DNA of 64,000 bases from an uncultured Gemmatimonadota bacterium (GCA_964626665.1 CAZVGK010000012.1:20912-84911); one strand, 5' to 3'; shown: positions 25,549-35,405, numbered from the stretch's first letter. Made by a program: numbers and translations. Notes: generated by a model from the sequence alone, not told the origin.

Positions 25549-26634
25549 TTAGCGGGCACAGCGGAAGCCGGTCGAGTTTGTCCGCAAGAGGGGGCAATTA
25601 TCCCTCCGTCTATCATCTGGGCTAAGGTAAGAGATGGTTGCCTTCCATCCACCACCCTTTAAGGCCCTATAGGTACAGATAGTGGCATAACCCATATTAC
25701 CTACCCCATCATTGCACCATTCCCAGCAATTTCCCATCATATCGCTTATTCCCCAGGGGCTATCCCCTTGAGGGCTATAACTGCCTACTGGAGCTGCATA
25801 AGGGAAGCCATCGCCGCTAAATCCTTTATAAGTGTATCCTTTGTATCCCAGCCTCCAGTTGCAGAGGTTATAAAAAGGGGGATTCTGATTGTTGAAGAAA
25901 CCGTCTCCCCAAGGGAAGCTAAGATTATCTACCTGACCTGAGGCCAAATCCCATTCATAGAGTGTGGGTAACCTCTTCCCCGCCCATTTACTATAAGCAT
26001 AGGCCTCAAACCAGGAGACTCCAGTAACTGGAGAATGGGGAGAGTTTGAGTAAGGGTCACCTGAGAAGTAGGGCATCTTCTTAAAGTCCCAAAACCTAGG
26101 ACAGTTCCATTCATAAGTAATGTTATTATTCCACCCTATTTCGGGTTTAGTTACACTTCCATCGGTAATTAGCCAATATTCCCTTTGACCATATCCCCCT
26201 AATTCCACAAATGCTGCGAACTCCTCATTTGTCACCTCGTATTTGTCTAAGTAGAATGTTTTCTTTCCCTTGGTGATCTTGATCATCTCCCCGCCAAAGC
26301 CTGTCCCATCGTAGGCCAGCAGAAGAGGAGGGAAGACAAGGGAGTCTCCCTTGTAGTCAACCCAGATACATCTGTCCCTCCCCGATTGGATCTTCCCCCC
26401 GATATCACCATAAACGAGCTTGGATGGTTGCTTAAGGAAGGAGGAGTCCTTTGGGGAGAGCCTAAGCCGCACCTCCAATCTATCATCGTCTTCATCGAAG
26501 AGGTCGTATATTATCTTGGCCTTTCCCGGGGCAGGATGAATCATCCGCACATTGGTGATCATCGGCAAAGAGTTGGCGTTGCACTCAGCAGTTACTACCA
26601 AAGTGAGAAAAAATATAATCAGTGATCTAATCAT
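25549..26634 (-). CDS. Secreted FGE-sulfatase (SUMF1/EgtB/PvdO) domain protein with N-terminal Ig-like region
   Basis: Signal peptide from ATG 26634; DKYEVTNEEF, PVTGVSWFEAYAY, KRLPT, DMMGNCWEW, GFRCAR. Confidence 0.88.
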   Translation of the reverse strand: MIRSLIIFFLTLVVTAECNANSLPMITNVRMIHPAPGKAKIIYDLFDEDDDRLEVRLRLSPKDSSFLKQPSKLVYGDIGGKIQSGRDRCIWVDYKGDSLVFPPLLLAYDGTGFGGEMIKITKGKKTFYLDKYEVTNEEFAAFVELGGYGQREYWLITDGSVTKPEIGWNNNITYEWNCPRFWDFKKMPYFSGDPYSNSPHSPVTGVSWFEAYAYSKWAGKRLPTLYEWDLASGQVDNLSFPWGDGFFNNQNPPFYNLCNWRLGYKGYTYKGFSGDGFPYAAPVGSYSPQGDSPWGISDMMGNCWEWCNDGVGNMGYATICTYRALKGGGWKATISYLSPDDRRRDNCPLLRTNSTGFRCAR

Positions 26635-26697
26635 TAACCTGAATAATTCGTATGCCACAAAGGCACCAAGCCTCAAAAGAGTCGATCCCAAAGGCGA

Positions 26698-26723
26698 GGT
26701 GGCAGAACCCCGATTCTGCCACC
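26698..26723. repeat. REP-like palindrome GGTGGCAGAACCCCGATTCTGCCACC
   Basis: Exact copy, followed by GGGCACCTACCAGCTC as at about 5851. Confidence 0.85.
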
Positions 26724-26870
26724 CTCCTGCCTTCAGGTGAGGGCACCTACCAGCTCGGTGGGAGAACGGTTAGATGAGGACATCTGACCACTTACTTTGT
26801 CATAAATTGAACTACTTTTATGTTTTTAATTCTCAGCGACTTAGGGGCTTCGTGGCTAAATTTGTGATCG

Positions 26871-28025
26871 TTAAAGAACTTTCATTTCCTCCCCAATAAA
26901 GGGGGCAATCAGGTTGGTCAAAACCCCAATGAAAATAGATCCCACCCAGAAGGAAATAAGAAGCCAAATGGTTGTCTTCCTCCCCACCACCTTCAAGAGG
27001 AGGGGAATAGAACTAATGCAGATCCCCGCTCCCGAAATGGTAAAGGTCAGGGCATGGCCCAGAGGCATCCCCATCTGCATAAAAGGGGAGAGGATAAGCA
27101 CCTCAGCCCCGGAGCAGAGATGGATGGGAATACCTGTTGAGGCCATAGCCAAAAGGCCTCCCAGGTTATTCTGCATAAACATTTTCACAAAGCTGCTGGG
27201 CAAAAGGACGGCAAACACCGATCCAAAGAGAAGCCCCAAACCAATAAACCTAAAGAGGGAGACAATATATCTCCAGGTTCCCAGAGGGAAGGGGAGCCTG
27301 ACAGCCAGACTCTGGGATCTGACAGCCAGACTCTGGGATCTGACGCCCTTGGGCTCAGCCGGAGGTTCTCTCTCCTGAGGAGAATTTTCCCATAACATGC
27401 TGATAAGAAACCCACTGGAGATAGCGAGAAGAAAGGTAAATGTGATACGCAGAAGGGCATATCTAACCCCCAATACACCCCAGGAGAGGACGATTACTAT
27501 GGGACTGAGAATAGGGGTTGTTATGAGGAAAACCAGAACCACCTTCTTGCTCAGGTGAGGCTGCTCAAGCATAGCTTTGACGATGGGGATCACTCCACAG
27601 GAACAGAGAGGCAAAACTGCAGCCAGAAGAAAGGAAGAGAAGATGTTTCTGGGCCACAGCTTGAAGCTAATTCGGCCGATTAGGCTAGCCATAAAGCATC
27701 CCAAGATGAAGATAGGGATGGTGGTAGCGCTGTGGGCAAATATGAGCTGAGGGAATTGGGTGGCGATCTCTGAGAGGTTATATCCCTGACCTACGGTGAA
27801 GAGAGGGCAGGAGCGGCAGGCGGCGAAAAAGGAGCTCCTCAACCCCCAGGAGAAGTAGAGAAGAACCAGGGATCCACCCACCAGGATGGAGGTTAAGCCA
27901 GCCTGCAGGGGATAATTTAGGGATAACCTTAATCCCCTGAGGGGGCGCAACCTTCTCAGCCAAGGATAGACCAAGAGTATCAAAAAGAAACCAGTAAAGA
28001 GATAGCCAATGATTACCTGACTCAT
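26871..28025 (-). CDS. Predicted permease (DUF318/ArsP_1-like)
   Basis: Multiple TM helices with LPLCSCGVIP...FLITTPILSP and a second-half IHLCSGAE motif. Confidence 0.8.
   Translation of the reverse strand: MSQVIIGYLFTGFFLILLVYPWLRRLRPLRGLRLSLNYPLQAGLTSILVGGSLVLLYFSWGLRSSFFAACRSCPLFTVGQGYNLSEIATQFPQLIFAHSATTIPIFILGCFMASLIGRISFKLWPRNIFSSFLLAAVLPLCSCGVIPIVKAMLEQPHLSKKVVLVFLITTPILSPIVIVLSWGVLGVRYALLRITFTFLLAISSGFLISMLWENSPQEREPPAEPKGVRSQSLAVRSQSLAVRLPFPLGTWRYIVSLFRFIGLGLLFGSVFAVLLPSSFVKMFMQNNLGGLLAMASTGIPIHLCSGAEVLILSPFMQMGMPLGHALTFTISGAGICISSIPLLLKVVGRKTTIWLLISFWVGSIFIGVLTNLIAPFIGEEMKVL
27298..27344. repeat. 21-bp tandem duplication inside the permease gene
   Basis: CTGACAGCCAGACTCTGGGAT x2 plus CTGAC; encodes SQSLAVR twice. 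Confidence 0.95.
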
Positions 28026-28087
28026 AGCATGCTCCGAAGTGCGAAACCTTCCTTATAAGGATGGGGAATGCTCCTAAAGGGAACTGG

Positions 28088-29247
28088 TTAATTCCCTCCG
28101 GCCTCCTTGTAGCGGGCGATGAACTCCTGGAGGTACTGTCCCGCAATCCCCACATTGTGAATGATCAGGGTGTTTTCATCGTTTAACTGCTCGGCGCTGG
28201 AGGTCCAATTTTGGGAGCCAGTGATCACAATCGGTCCGTTCTTTAGGGAATTGGGTCAATGAACATATATTTGTGATGGAGGATGCCTCCCCCCTCCACT
28301 CTGCTGAAGTAGACCGAAGGGCGAGGGTTCCAGCTCTCCTTCATCGTAGAATACTCGCTCAAATTCTCTGTATTCCAATAGTAATCAAAGACCCCGGCCA
28401 GGCTCACCCCATTGCGAAATCTTTCCTGAATGGCACTGGCAATGCTTTGTGCCGCCCAACCTCTGGAGAAGGCAAAAATGCAGAAGTCGATGTTATGATC
28501 TGCGGTCTCAATTGTTTTAACTATCTTCTCCGTAGCTCCGTCCGTGGGACAGAAGTAGAGCTCAACCAGACTTTCATTTATGATAAATTTGTGCGCGGTG
28601 TTGTTGGCCTTTCGGCCATGGAACCGCGATTTAGTGCTGTCAGGGGTATCTGTTGCTGATCCCCACATCTCCTCAAACTCCTGAGTATAGGCCTGAGCGA
28701 GGAAGCTGCTCTGTATCTCTATGACATTATTGGCATTTCTTCGGGTGCCATTCTCCGTAATATTGTAGGAACCGGTCCATATCCAGTCATCACCTGTGGA
28801 TGTCTTATCCCGATAGTCGAAGACGGTGAACTTGTTGTGCATAAATCCCTCCCCGTCATTCTTGCCGAAACTGTCGTCAATAACCGGTATGCCATTCTCC
28901 CTCAGTTCAGCTATCTCATACTCACCGGCATTTTCGTTTTCGGTGATGAACCGCACAGCGACTCCCCTTTTCTTGGCTGCAATCAAGGCAGCGGTAACAT
29001 CTTGTAGGTTCAAGTGGTAGAAGCAGGCATCGATGGAGTATCCGGCCTGATCAATTCGATTGATGAGCTTTCGATCCAATTTTACATTGCCATTGGCCAG
29101 CTCTGGATCATTCACGCTTTTGTTGAAATAGACATTCCAAGCTCCCTGCTCCGAGGGTAGGTTATTGTTTAATATTCTCCTCTCCCTCTTCCCACAGCCT
29201 AAGAAGATGAGGAGTAAGATAAAGGGCAATAGGTAAAGTCTCTTCAA
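28088..29247 (-). pseudogene. Phospholipase D/nuclease-like lipoprotein with two HKD motifs, frameshifted near 28253
   Basis: Lipobox FLGC, HNKFTVFD...TGSYN and HHKYMFID. The frame stops at 28243, but the -1 frame continues PNSLKNGPIVITGSQNWTSSAEQLNDENTLIIHN...EAGGN* to 28088. Confidence 0.85.
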
Positions 29248-29294
29248 ATTCCCTCCCCCTGAGAATATAGGCCTTCTCCGCTCTTTGTCAAACC

Positions 29295-29323
29295 AAAAAA
29301 GGGCAAGGATTCTTGCCCTTTTT
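29295..29323. terminator. Bidirectional rho-independent terminator-like hairpin
   Basis: AAAAAAGGGCAAG-GATT-CTTGCCCTTTTT downstream of the MATE gene. Confidence 0.7.
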
Positions 29324-29515
29324 ACGGAAACAAGTCAGAACACCCCGTACTGTGAGGGGAGATAAATGACATCCTTACTAGTCCCCTCTCCCCCGGCGGG
29401 GGAAGGTGGGACCGAATATAATCTTCACCCCCTCCTTAGTCCTCCCCCATCAGGGGGAGGAAACTGTTTCAGATGCTCCCCCAAGTCTTAGCTATATTTC
29501 CGGCAAATCTTCCTC

Positions 29516-30892
29516 CTATATTACCCTCTTCTTCCAGACACCAGTAGAAAAGAGCACAATGGCCACAGTTGCCCCAACGATGTTGCTGATGGCCATTCCC
29601 ATCCAAACCCCCGTTGACCCTTTGGAGAGGTAAAAGGCAAAGAGCCAGCAGAGGGGGACCCGCAGGGCCCAAAGCCTGGAGAGCTCCATTATCATTGTGG
29701 GAACATTGTGCCCTGAACCCTGGAAGACTGCTCCTGCCGCGCGGAACAGGCCAAAGAAGGGCATACCTAAGACGAATATGGAAATAAATTTTACCCCTTC
29801 CTCTATTATGTCCGGGCGATTGGGGATAAAGAATGAGAAAGCTGGCTTCCTCAATAGCCACAGGATAGCGGCTTCAGCCATCAATATCAGGAACATAAGC
29901 GCACTACCCCTCCGGGCTGTAGCCTCGGCGCGGGCGATCTTTCCCGCTCCCAAGCTTTGCCCTAAGATAGTGGTCAGGCCCACCCCCAAGCCTTCAATAC
30001 AGATAAACATCAGGTGGATTATCCGATCACCTATCCCATAGGCGGCCAGGGCAATGGAAGCATTGGGTACCCTGCCGATTATGGCCATCAAGACCACAAA
30101 GCCAAATGCCGTCCCCGAATTCCCGATGGAGGCCGGGAGGCCAATCTTAAATATCTTAGAGATCCACTGCCACCTTGGCCTCAGGGAGGATAACTTCAGT
30201 CGGACACCCCTTTTGCCTTTAAAGAGGATATAGAAGGCAATAACCGATGAGATCGCCTGACAGATGACTGTGGCCAAGGCTGCCCCCAGGACCCCCAGCT
30301 TAGGCAGAGGCCCCAGGCCGAAGATGAGCAGGGGATCGAGTATAAGATTGAGTAAAACCGTTACCCCACTTACCAACATCGGGGTGACCGTATCTCCGTA
30401 AGCTTGCAGAACAGAGGCGAAGAGGAAGGAAGCAAACATAAAAGGCATCCCCAAGAAGATGACCTGAATATACAGGATGGCCACATCGGTAACCCCTCTG
30501 GAATGGGTAATTAAGGGAAGAAGGTAGGGAGAGAGAATGTAGCCTAACCCACCGATGAGCAGGCCAAAGACAAAAGAGAGGGAGTAAACTTGCCCACAGG
30601 AGAGGTCAGCCTTCTCCCCTTTACCAGCTCCGGTATATTGGGAGATGAGGGCCACTCCCGCAGCAGCAAAGCCAGCAGCAAATGAGATAAGCAGGAAGAC
30701 TATGGGCCAGGATATCTGGAGGCCAGCTACGGCTACACCACTTTCCTCTTTGGGCAGGTGGCCTAGCCAGAAGGTATCGGCGAGGTTGTAGAGAACCTGG
30801 AGGATGGTAGTGACCATTACCGGCCACCCAAGCCTGAAGATCGTCCTTATTATGGGGCCCCCAAGAATATCCTCTCTGGAAACCTTGCTCAT
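29516..30892 (-). CDS. MATE family efflux transporter
   Basis: LQVLYNLADTFWLG, GDTVTPM, LNLILDPLLIFG, LGVLGAALAT; about 12 TM helices. Confidence 0.95.
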   Translation of the reverse strand: MSKVSREDILGGPIIRTIFRLGWPVMVTTILQVLYNLADTFWLGHLPKEESGVAVAGLQISWPIVFLLISFAAGFAAAGVALISQYTGAGKGEKADLSCGQVYSLSFVFGLLIGGLGYILSPYLLPLITHSRGVTDVAILYIQVIFLGMPFMFASFLFASVLQAYGDTVTPMLVSGVTVLLNLILDPLLIFGLGPLPKLGVLGAALATVICQAISSVIAFYILFKGKRGVRLKLSSLRPRWQWISKIFKIGLPASIGNSGTAFGFVVLMAIIGRVPNASIALAAYGIGDRIIHLMFICIEGLGVGLTTILGQSLGAGKIARAEATARRGSALMFLILMAEAAILWLLRKPAFSFFIPNRPDIIEEGVKFISIFVLGMPFFGLFRAAGAVFQGSGHNVPTMIMELSRLWALRVPLCWLFAFYLSKGSTGVWMGMAISNIVGATVAIVLFSTGVWKKRVI

Positions 30893-31240
30893 AGAACCCA
30901 AGGAAACATTACACCCTCCCCTTGTCAAGAAGGATTCCAGCTTAAGATCATCGTAATTGTTCACCACTGAGAGCCACGGACAGATAAGAAATGGTCAATT
31001 ATCAATGATTAATTATCAATGAAAAATGGCACGCACCTCAGGATTTTCAGGCTTCATCTCCTTTTAACTTGCTAATTGTTAATTGCTAATTGATCATTGT
31101 ATACAATTCCGTGGTGAACTGTTACAGATTATGTTAAGGTAATGCCATCCCTCTGGAGTCAGAATGCCCCTTCTCACAAAAATCCCTTGCAATGTTTATT
31201 TAATTTTGATATATATGTGGAGTTGAAAAGAGAGGATGAA

Positions 31241-31738
31241 ATGTATTGGTTTGATGTCCTCATAATTATCATCATTGGTCTGAGCGTGATCTATAGCTTT
31301 ATCAGAGGGTTAATCAGGGAGCTCTTCGCCCTGGGGGCCGTATGCTTTGGTTTTGTCATCGCCTGCCGCATTTATCCTTTAGGGCAAGGGTTAATTTCAC
31401 CCCTAATCCATAATTCGGATATATCCGCCCTGCTGAGCTTTATACTCATATTTCTCTTCGTTGCAGCCCTGATCGTCATACTCGGAGCAATTCTAAGCAG
31501 ACTTATCCACTTCATCAGGTTAGGATGGGCAGACAGGTTAATTGGGGGATTCTTTGGCCTCCTCAAGGGGCTCCTCATCTCCGGCATCATCTGCATCATC
31601 ACCGTGGGTTTCATCCCCCAAGGGAAGAAAACCATCAAAAAATCAGCTCTCGCTCCTGGTTTGCTCAAGTTGACCAAGCAGGCAGCAAAGTTGCTCCCGG
31701 GAACCATTAGGGAGAGATTTACTGGTATTGGCATTTGA
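31241..31738 (+). CDS. cvpA: CvpA (colicin V production) family membrane protein
   Basis: MYWFDVLIIIIIGLS...RGLIRE...DRLIGGFFGLLKG. Confidence 0.9.
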   Translation: MYWFDVLIIIIIGLSVIYSFIRGLIRELFALGAVCFGFVIACRIYPLGQGLISPLIHNSDISALLSFILIFLFVAALIVILGAILSRLIHFIRLGWADRLIGGFFGLLKGLLISGIICIITVGFIPQGKKTIKKSALAPGLLKLTKQAAKLLPGTIRERFTGIGI

Positions 31739-31992
31739 GGAACCTGGGCATTTGGAAATTATCTGGAAACACCGAAATGTTCCTCCCCTCTACCCTAAGG
31801 GGGAACTCCACCCAAACGAGGACGCCTGGGCAACTCTTGTAGTTACAGTAAGCTGTTGTTGGGATTTAATATCTGAACAAGTCACCGACTGCTTCCTTGA
31901 GTCGGCAACCCAATTTCGCGGATGATAACTCCAGGCAGAAGGGAGAGGCACTTTTTTAATGGATCGGAGGGGAAGGATCTCTTAACCAGAGG

Positions 31993-33540
31993 TTAAAGGA
32001 TATAGAAGAGCAAAATCCCGGCCAAACAAAGGAACATCATTCCCATCCCCAACTTTACCCCCTTCCCCCTTCTCTTCCAGAACTCCGTCAACCTCTCTGA
32101 GGTCATCCCCTTGTAGGCCAGAAGGAAGATAACTACCAGGGGCAGGATAAAACATAGGTTATAAAAGAATAGATAGAGCAGGGCCTTGGCCTTGAGGGCG
32201 GGGACCTTGGTCACAAATATGATGGTGGGCAGGTAAACCTGGCCTGTACAGGCAAACTCCAACAGGGAGATAAAAAAACCAGTAACCAAAGCGGCAAGGA
32301 CATAGTTTTTCGCTCGAGAGCGGGTGCGCACCGCCTGGTGTATTCTCCTGTGCAGGAACCCAGGAAGCTTGAGAATAGATTCTTCATACTCGCTCTCCCT
32401 GTATTTAGCATAGTCGTAAAAACTTAAACCAGCCAAAACCAGGGCCCCAGTTGCAGTAAGTATATAGACTATTCTGGCCACAATGGGCATAAAGCTCAGG
32501 GATTGAACGAACTTCAGTAGGCCTAACCCCACTATAAAGTAGGTTATGAAAACAGCCAGGGTAAAGGCAGAACCAACGGCGAGTAGCTCCCTCCCCTTGC
32601 GGCCCACAAAGGCCAGATAGGAGATGAAGAAGACTATGGTCACAAAGGCGCAGGGGTTTACCCCGTCCAAGAGACCAGCGGAGATGACCGTGGTGATCTC
32701 CAAGCCCTTGAACCTGCTGATTATCTTCTTCTCTGCCCGCTTCAGCTCCCCTCGGGCCATCTCCCAGGGAGGGGTTGCTTCTACATCCTTATATTTTTTA
32801 ATGAGCCTTTCTAAGTTCTTGTCATTCACCTCCATACCTAACAGGTAATCCCCCCCGATGAAGGCCTCCGGGATGGACATCCTTTGGGCTTCCGGGACAT
32901 TGTATACCTCCCCCAAGGCCTCCGCCAACCTTTTGCTCTCTGGATCCAGGATGTTAAACTTTCTCACCACCAAATGGGGATATTTACTCTCCAGGTGCTT
33001 TATCCGATATTCAGCCCTGTCACACTCCTTACAGCCAAACTTGTAAAAATAGGCCAGATAGATCTTCTTACTCTCCTGGGCTGGGGGAATTTCCCCCATC
33101 TCCCCCTCCCCCCAGACAGGTTTTGAGGCATAAACCCCTCCCTGGGTAAGCTCCAAATGGGAGAAGGGAATTCCGGTTGCAGAATACTGGGAGAGCACCC
33201 CCCGCAGTTTTCCTTTTACATCCTGACCGCTGAGCAGGGAATCGCCGATGATGAAGACTGGGATTTCATTCTTCCCCTTCCCATAGGCCTCTTCCAGGTT
33301 CACCAGCACCTGGTAATTGGCTGGGCTGTTCACCTCGAAGTAGCGCAACTGAAGCCTGTCCCCATAGAGGAATTCAATCTTGGGCAGGAAATTTTTGATG
33401 ATCACCTGGCAATCCTCGCAATCCTGGGCATAGAAGACATAAAAAGAGAGCTTGGGGCCCTCTTTCCCACTTGCCCAGGAATGGTTGAAAATCACCAGGA
33501 AGAGAAGGGATAATACCCAACCAACTCTGCCCAACCTCAA
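31993..33540 (-). CDS. DsbD/CcdA-like thiol-disulfide transmembrane protein with two periplasmic thioredoxin-like CxxC domains
   Basis: Signal peptide, YAQDCEDC and FGCKEC motifs, TM domain with GLLDGVNPCAF and LLEFACTGQVY cysteines. Confidence 0.85.
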   Translation of the reverse strand: MRLGRVGWVLSLLFLVIFNHSWASGKEGPKLSFYVFYAQDCEDCQVIIKNFLPKIEFLYGDRLQLRYFEVNSPANYQVLVNLEEAYGKGKNEIPVFIIGDSLLSGQDVKGKLRGVLSQYSATGIPFSHLELTQGGVYASKPVWGEGEMGEIPPAQESKKIYLAYFYKFGCKECDRAEYRIKHLESKYPHLVVRKFNILDPESKRLAEALGEVYNVPEAQRMSIPEAFIGGDYLLGMEVNDKNLERLIKKYKDVEATPPWEMARGELKRAEKKIISRFKGLEITTVISAGLLDGVNPCAFVTIVFFISYLAFVGRKGRELLAVGSAFTLAVFITYFIVGLGLLKFVQSLSFMPIVARIVYILTATGALVLAGLSFYDYAKYRESEYEESILKLPGFLHRRIHQAVRTRSRAKNYVLAALVTGFFISLLEFACTGQVYLPTIIFVTKVPALKAKALLYLFFYNLCFILPLVVIFLLAYKGMTSERLTEFWKRRGKGVKLGMGMMFLCLAGILLFYIL

Positions 33541-33620
33541 ATCACCTCCCCCATTTTAGGGTTTTGACCTCCTGATCTTCTTCAGCCTATGGCCTTTTTG
33601 CTTCTTCTTGTCCAAGATGA

Positions 33621-33646
33621 GGTGGCAGAACCCCGATTCTGCCACC
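33621..33646. repeat. REP-like palindrome GGTGGCAGAACCCCGATTCTGCCACC
   Basis: Exact copy. Confidence 0.85.
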
Positions 33647-33719
33647 TTCACCTTTTGCTGGTAGGTGAGGGCACCTGACGGCTTACCGGTGATGTAATTC
33701 CACGAGATTCCAAGATGAA

Positions 33720-34694
33720 CTATTTCTTCCTTATTTTTTGCCCCTTCTTGTACGCCCGAATCAACTCCAAAATCCCCGGATCATCCTTAATCTTCTCTTC
33801 CAGGAGCTGGGAACGGGATTCAATCGACTCCAGCCTCCTCCGCGGATTTAAGGAAAGGATGAGGTCCCCCGCATAATAGCTCTTTGTACCAGCAACTGCC
33901 AGATAGGTTTCCCCTACCTTCTCCGGTAGCCCCTCTACCGATCCTATCCTTCCCCCGATTATCAGGTTAATCCCCTCTATCTTCTTGGCCAGTTCCTGAG
34001 ATTGGCTCTGCTCCAAATCGGTGAGCACAATCACCAGATCACATTTCCCTCGCAGCTTGTGCACTAAGCGACTGGCAACCTCCGTTGGATCGTCCACCAC
34101 CAGCGGTTTGTCCCCCTGTTGAGGCTTGATCCGCTCGATTGCCGCAGGTGAGGCCAAACCAAATATCCCCACCTTGAGCCCTCCATATCCAATACCCAGA
34201 AAGCTTTTCCCCCCATACCTCTTGATGATATAAGGCCGGGCAAAATGCGACCCCGTATCCTTATACCTGATGTTGGCCGAGATTAGGGGGAGCTTATACT
34301 TGCCCCCCAAATCCTTAAGAAATTTCTCCCCTAAGAAAAAATCCCAGCCGGCTACATTTATGGCATCGTAGCCCAAAAGAGCCATCCCTCGGGCCATAAA
34401 TTCAGCCTTCAGCTTGCTGGTCCTACTTCCATAACAGAGGAACTGACTCGCATCAACGGCCAGCAGACAGGCGTTACTAACTCTATTCTCTTTTATGTAT
34501 GTGGCTCGCCGAGCCAACCCGCCATAATCATGGCGATGTCCTCAGGTGGGGCAGGGCTCCAGATAACCCCACATATTCCCCGAGTAGACGACCTGGACCT
34601 TATCTACGGCCACCTGGGGGGAACTGCAGGCCCAAAAGGAGCCCAAGGCCAAAAGCAAAAGGAAGAGTAGCAAAAGGCGCATCTCCCTTTCCAT
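33720..34694 (-). CDS. UshA/5'-nucleotidase-like lipoprotein, predicted selenoprotein (in-frame TGA at codon 51, CxxU)
   Basis: AAAGGAGG RBS, ATG 34694, lipobox FWAC, then GYLEPCPT-TGA-GHRHDYGGLARRATYI in the same frame as ORF 33720..34517; hairpins 3' of the TGA. Confidence 0.8.
34502..34544 (-). promoter_or_regulatory. Candidate bacterial SECIS hairpin(s) after the UGA
   Basis: mRNA UGA-GGACAU-CGCCAU(GAUU)AUGGCG-GGU-UGGCUC(GGC)GAGCCA; both loops start with G. Confidence 0.5.
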
Positions 34695-34768
34695 CGTTAT
34701 CCTCCTTTCAATTGGAACCCTGGCAAGCCAGAGCTTGTTGAGTTTGATACCCACAATGGGCAAGGCTT

Positions 34769-35167
34769 TCACCCTTGCCCATTCCTGTTCAACGAAGACG
34801 GGTCAAAATTGACCCCCGTTTCCAGGCGCTTACACCTATCCATCACAGCAGAATTAAGACACATCCCCACCTTCTGCAGGTCCTGCTTTGTCACCTCCTT
34901 CCTCTCCATCCAATCCCTTATCGCTGGAGAGAGAACCTGCAGATAGGGATTATCCTCCAGGGAATAGAAGACCCATTTCCCCTCTCTCCTGTCCTTAACC
35001 AAACCTGCCCCCCTTAGTATCCGCAGTTGGTGGGAGATATTCGACTGGGAGGCCCCCAAAACATTCTCCAGCTCACAGACACACAACTCCCCTTCCATAA
35101 GTAATCTTACCATCCGCAATCGGTTAGGATCGGAAAGGGCCTTAAAGATTTCGCCCAAGTCCCTCAT
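34769..35167 (-). CDS. arsR: ArsR/SmtB family repressor with ELCVC motif
   Basis: FKALSDPNRL, GELCVCEL, SQSNISHQL, REGKWVFYSL. Confidence 0.93.
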   Translation of the reverse strand: MRDLGEIFKALSDPNRLRMVRLLMEGELCVCELENVLGASQSNISHQLRILRGAGLVKDRREGKWVFYSLEDNPYLQVLSPAIRDWMERKEVTKQDLQKVGMCLNSAVMDRCKRLETGVNFDPSSLNRNGQG

Positions 35168-35176
35168 CTAAGAAGA

Positions 35177-35222
35177 TATGAAGATTCTTTCATAAGTTAA
35201 TAAACCTCTCCCCCCAAGTCAA
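35177..35222 (-). promoter_or_regulatory. arsR promoter with overlapping ArsR-type operator
   Basis: Minus-strand TTGACT (35222-35217), 17 nt, TAACTT (35199-35194); inverted repeat TATGAA-N6-TTCATA (35177-35194). Confidence 0.65.
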
Positions 35223-35405
35223 GGGGAAAATGAAATCCCTCTAGCCTCCTTCATAAGGCAACTTCCTCTGTGCAGGACAAAAATCCCCCGGAAATGGATT
35301 AATCATTTGAGATAATTGTTGTTAGTTAAAAAATTGTTTGACATTTCGTGAATAATATGCTCAGTTATGACGTCGGGAAATACTTCTTTAATAGGAGATA
35401 GCGCC

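Noticed and set aside
31738-31992. Hairpins between convergent cvpA and the DsbD-like gene as an ncRNA
   Set aside because: Only isolated stems (GTCACCGACT/AGTCGGCAAC), with no promoter or known family motif; could be termination signals.
34542-34544. UGA reassignment to Trp or Gly as the explanation for the in-frame TGA
   Set aside because: Many intact genes in the window end in TGA and TGG is used for Trp; only this site needs read-through.
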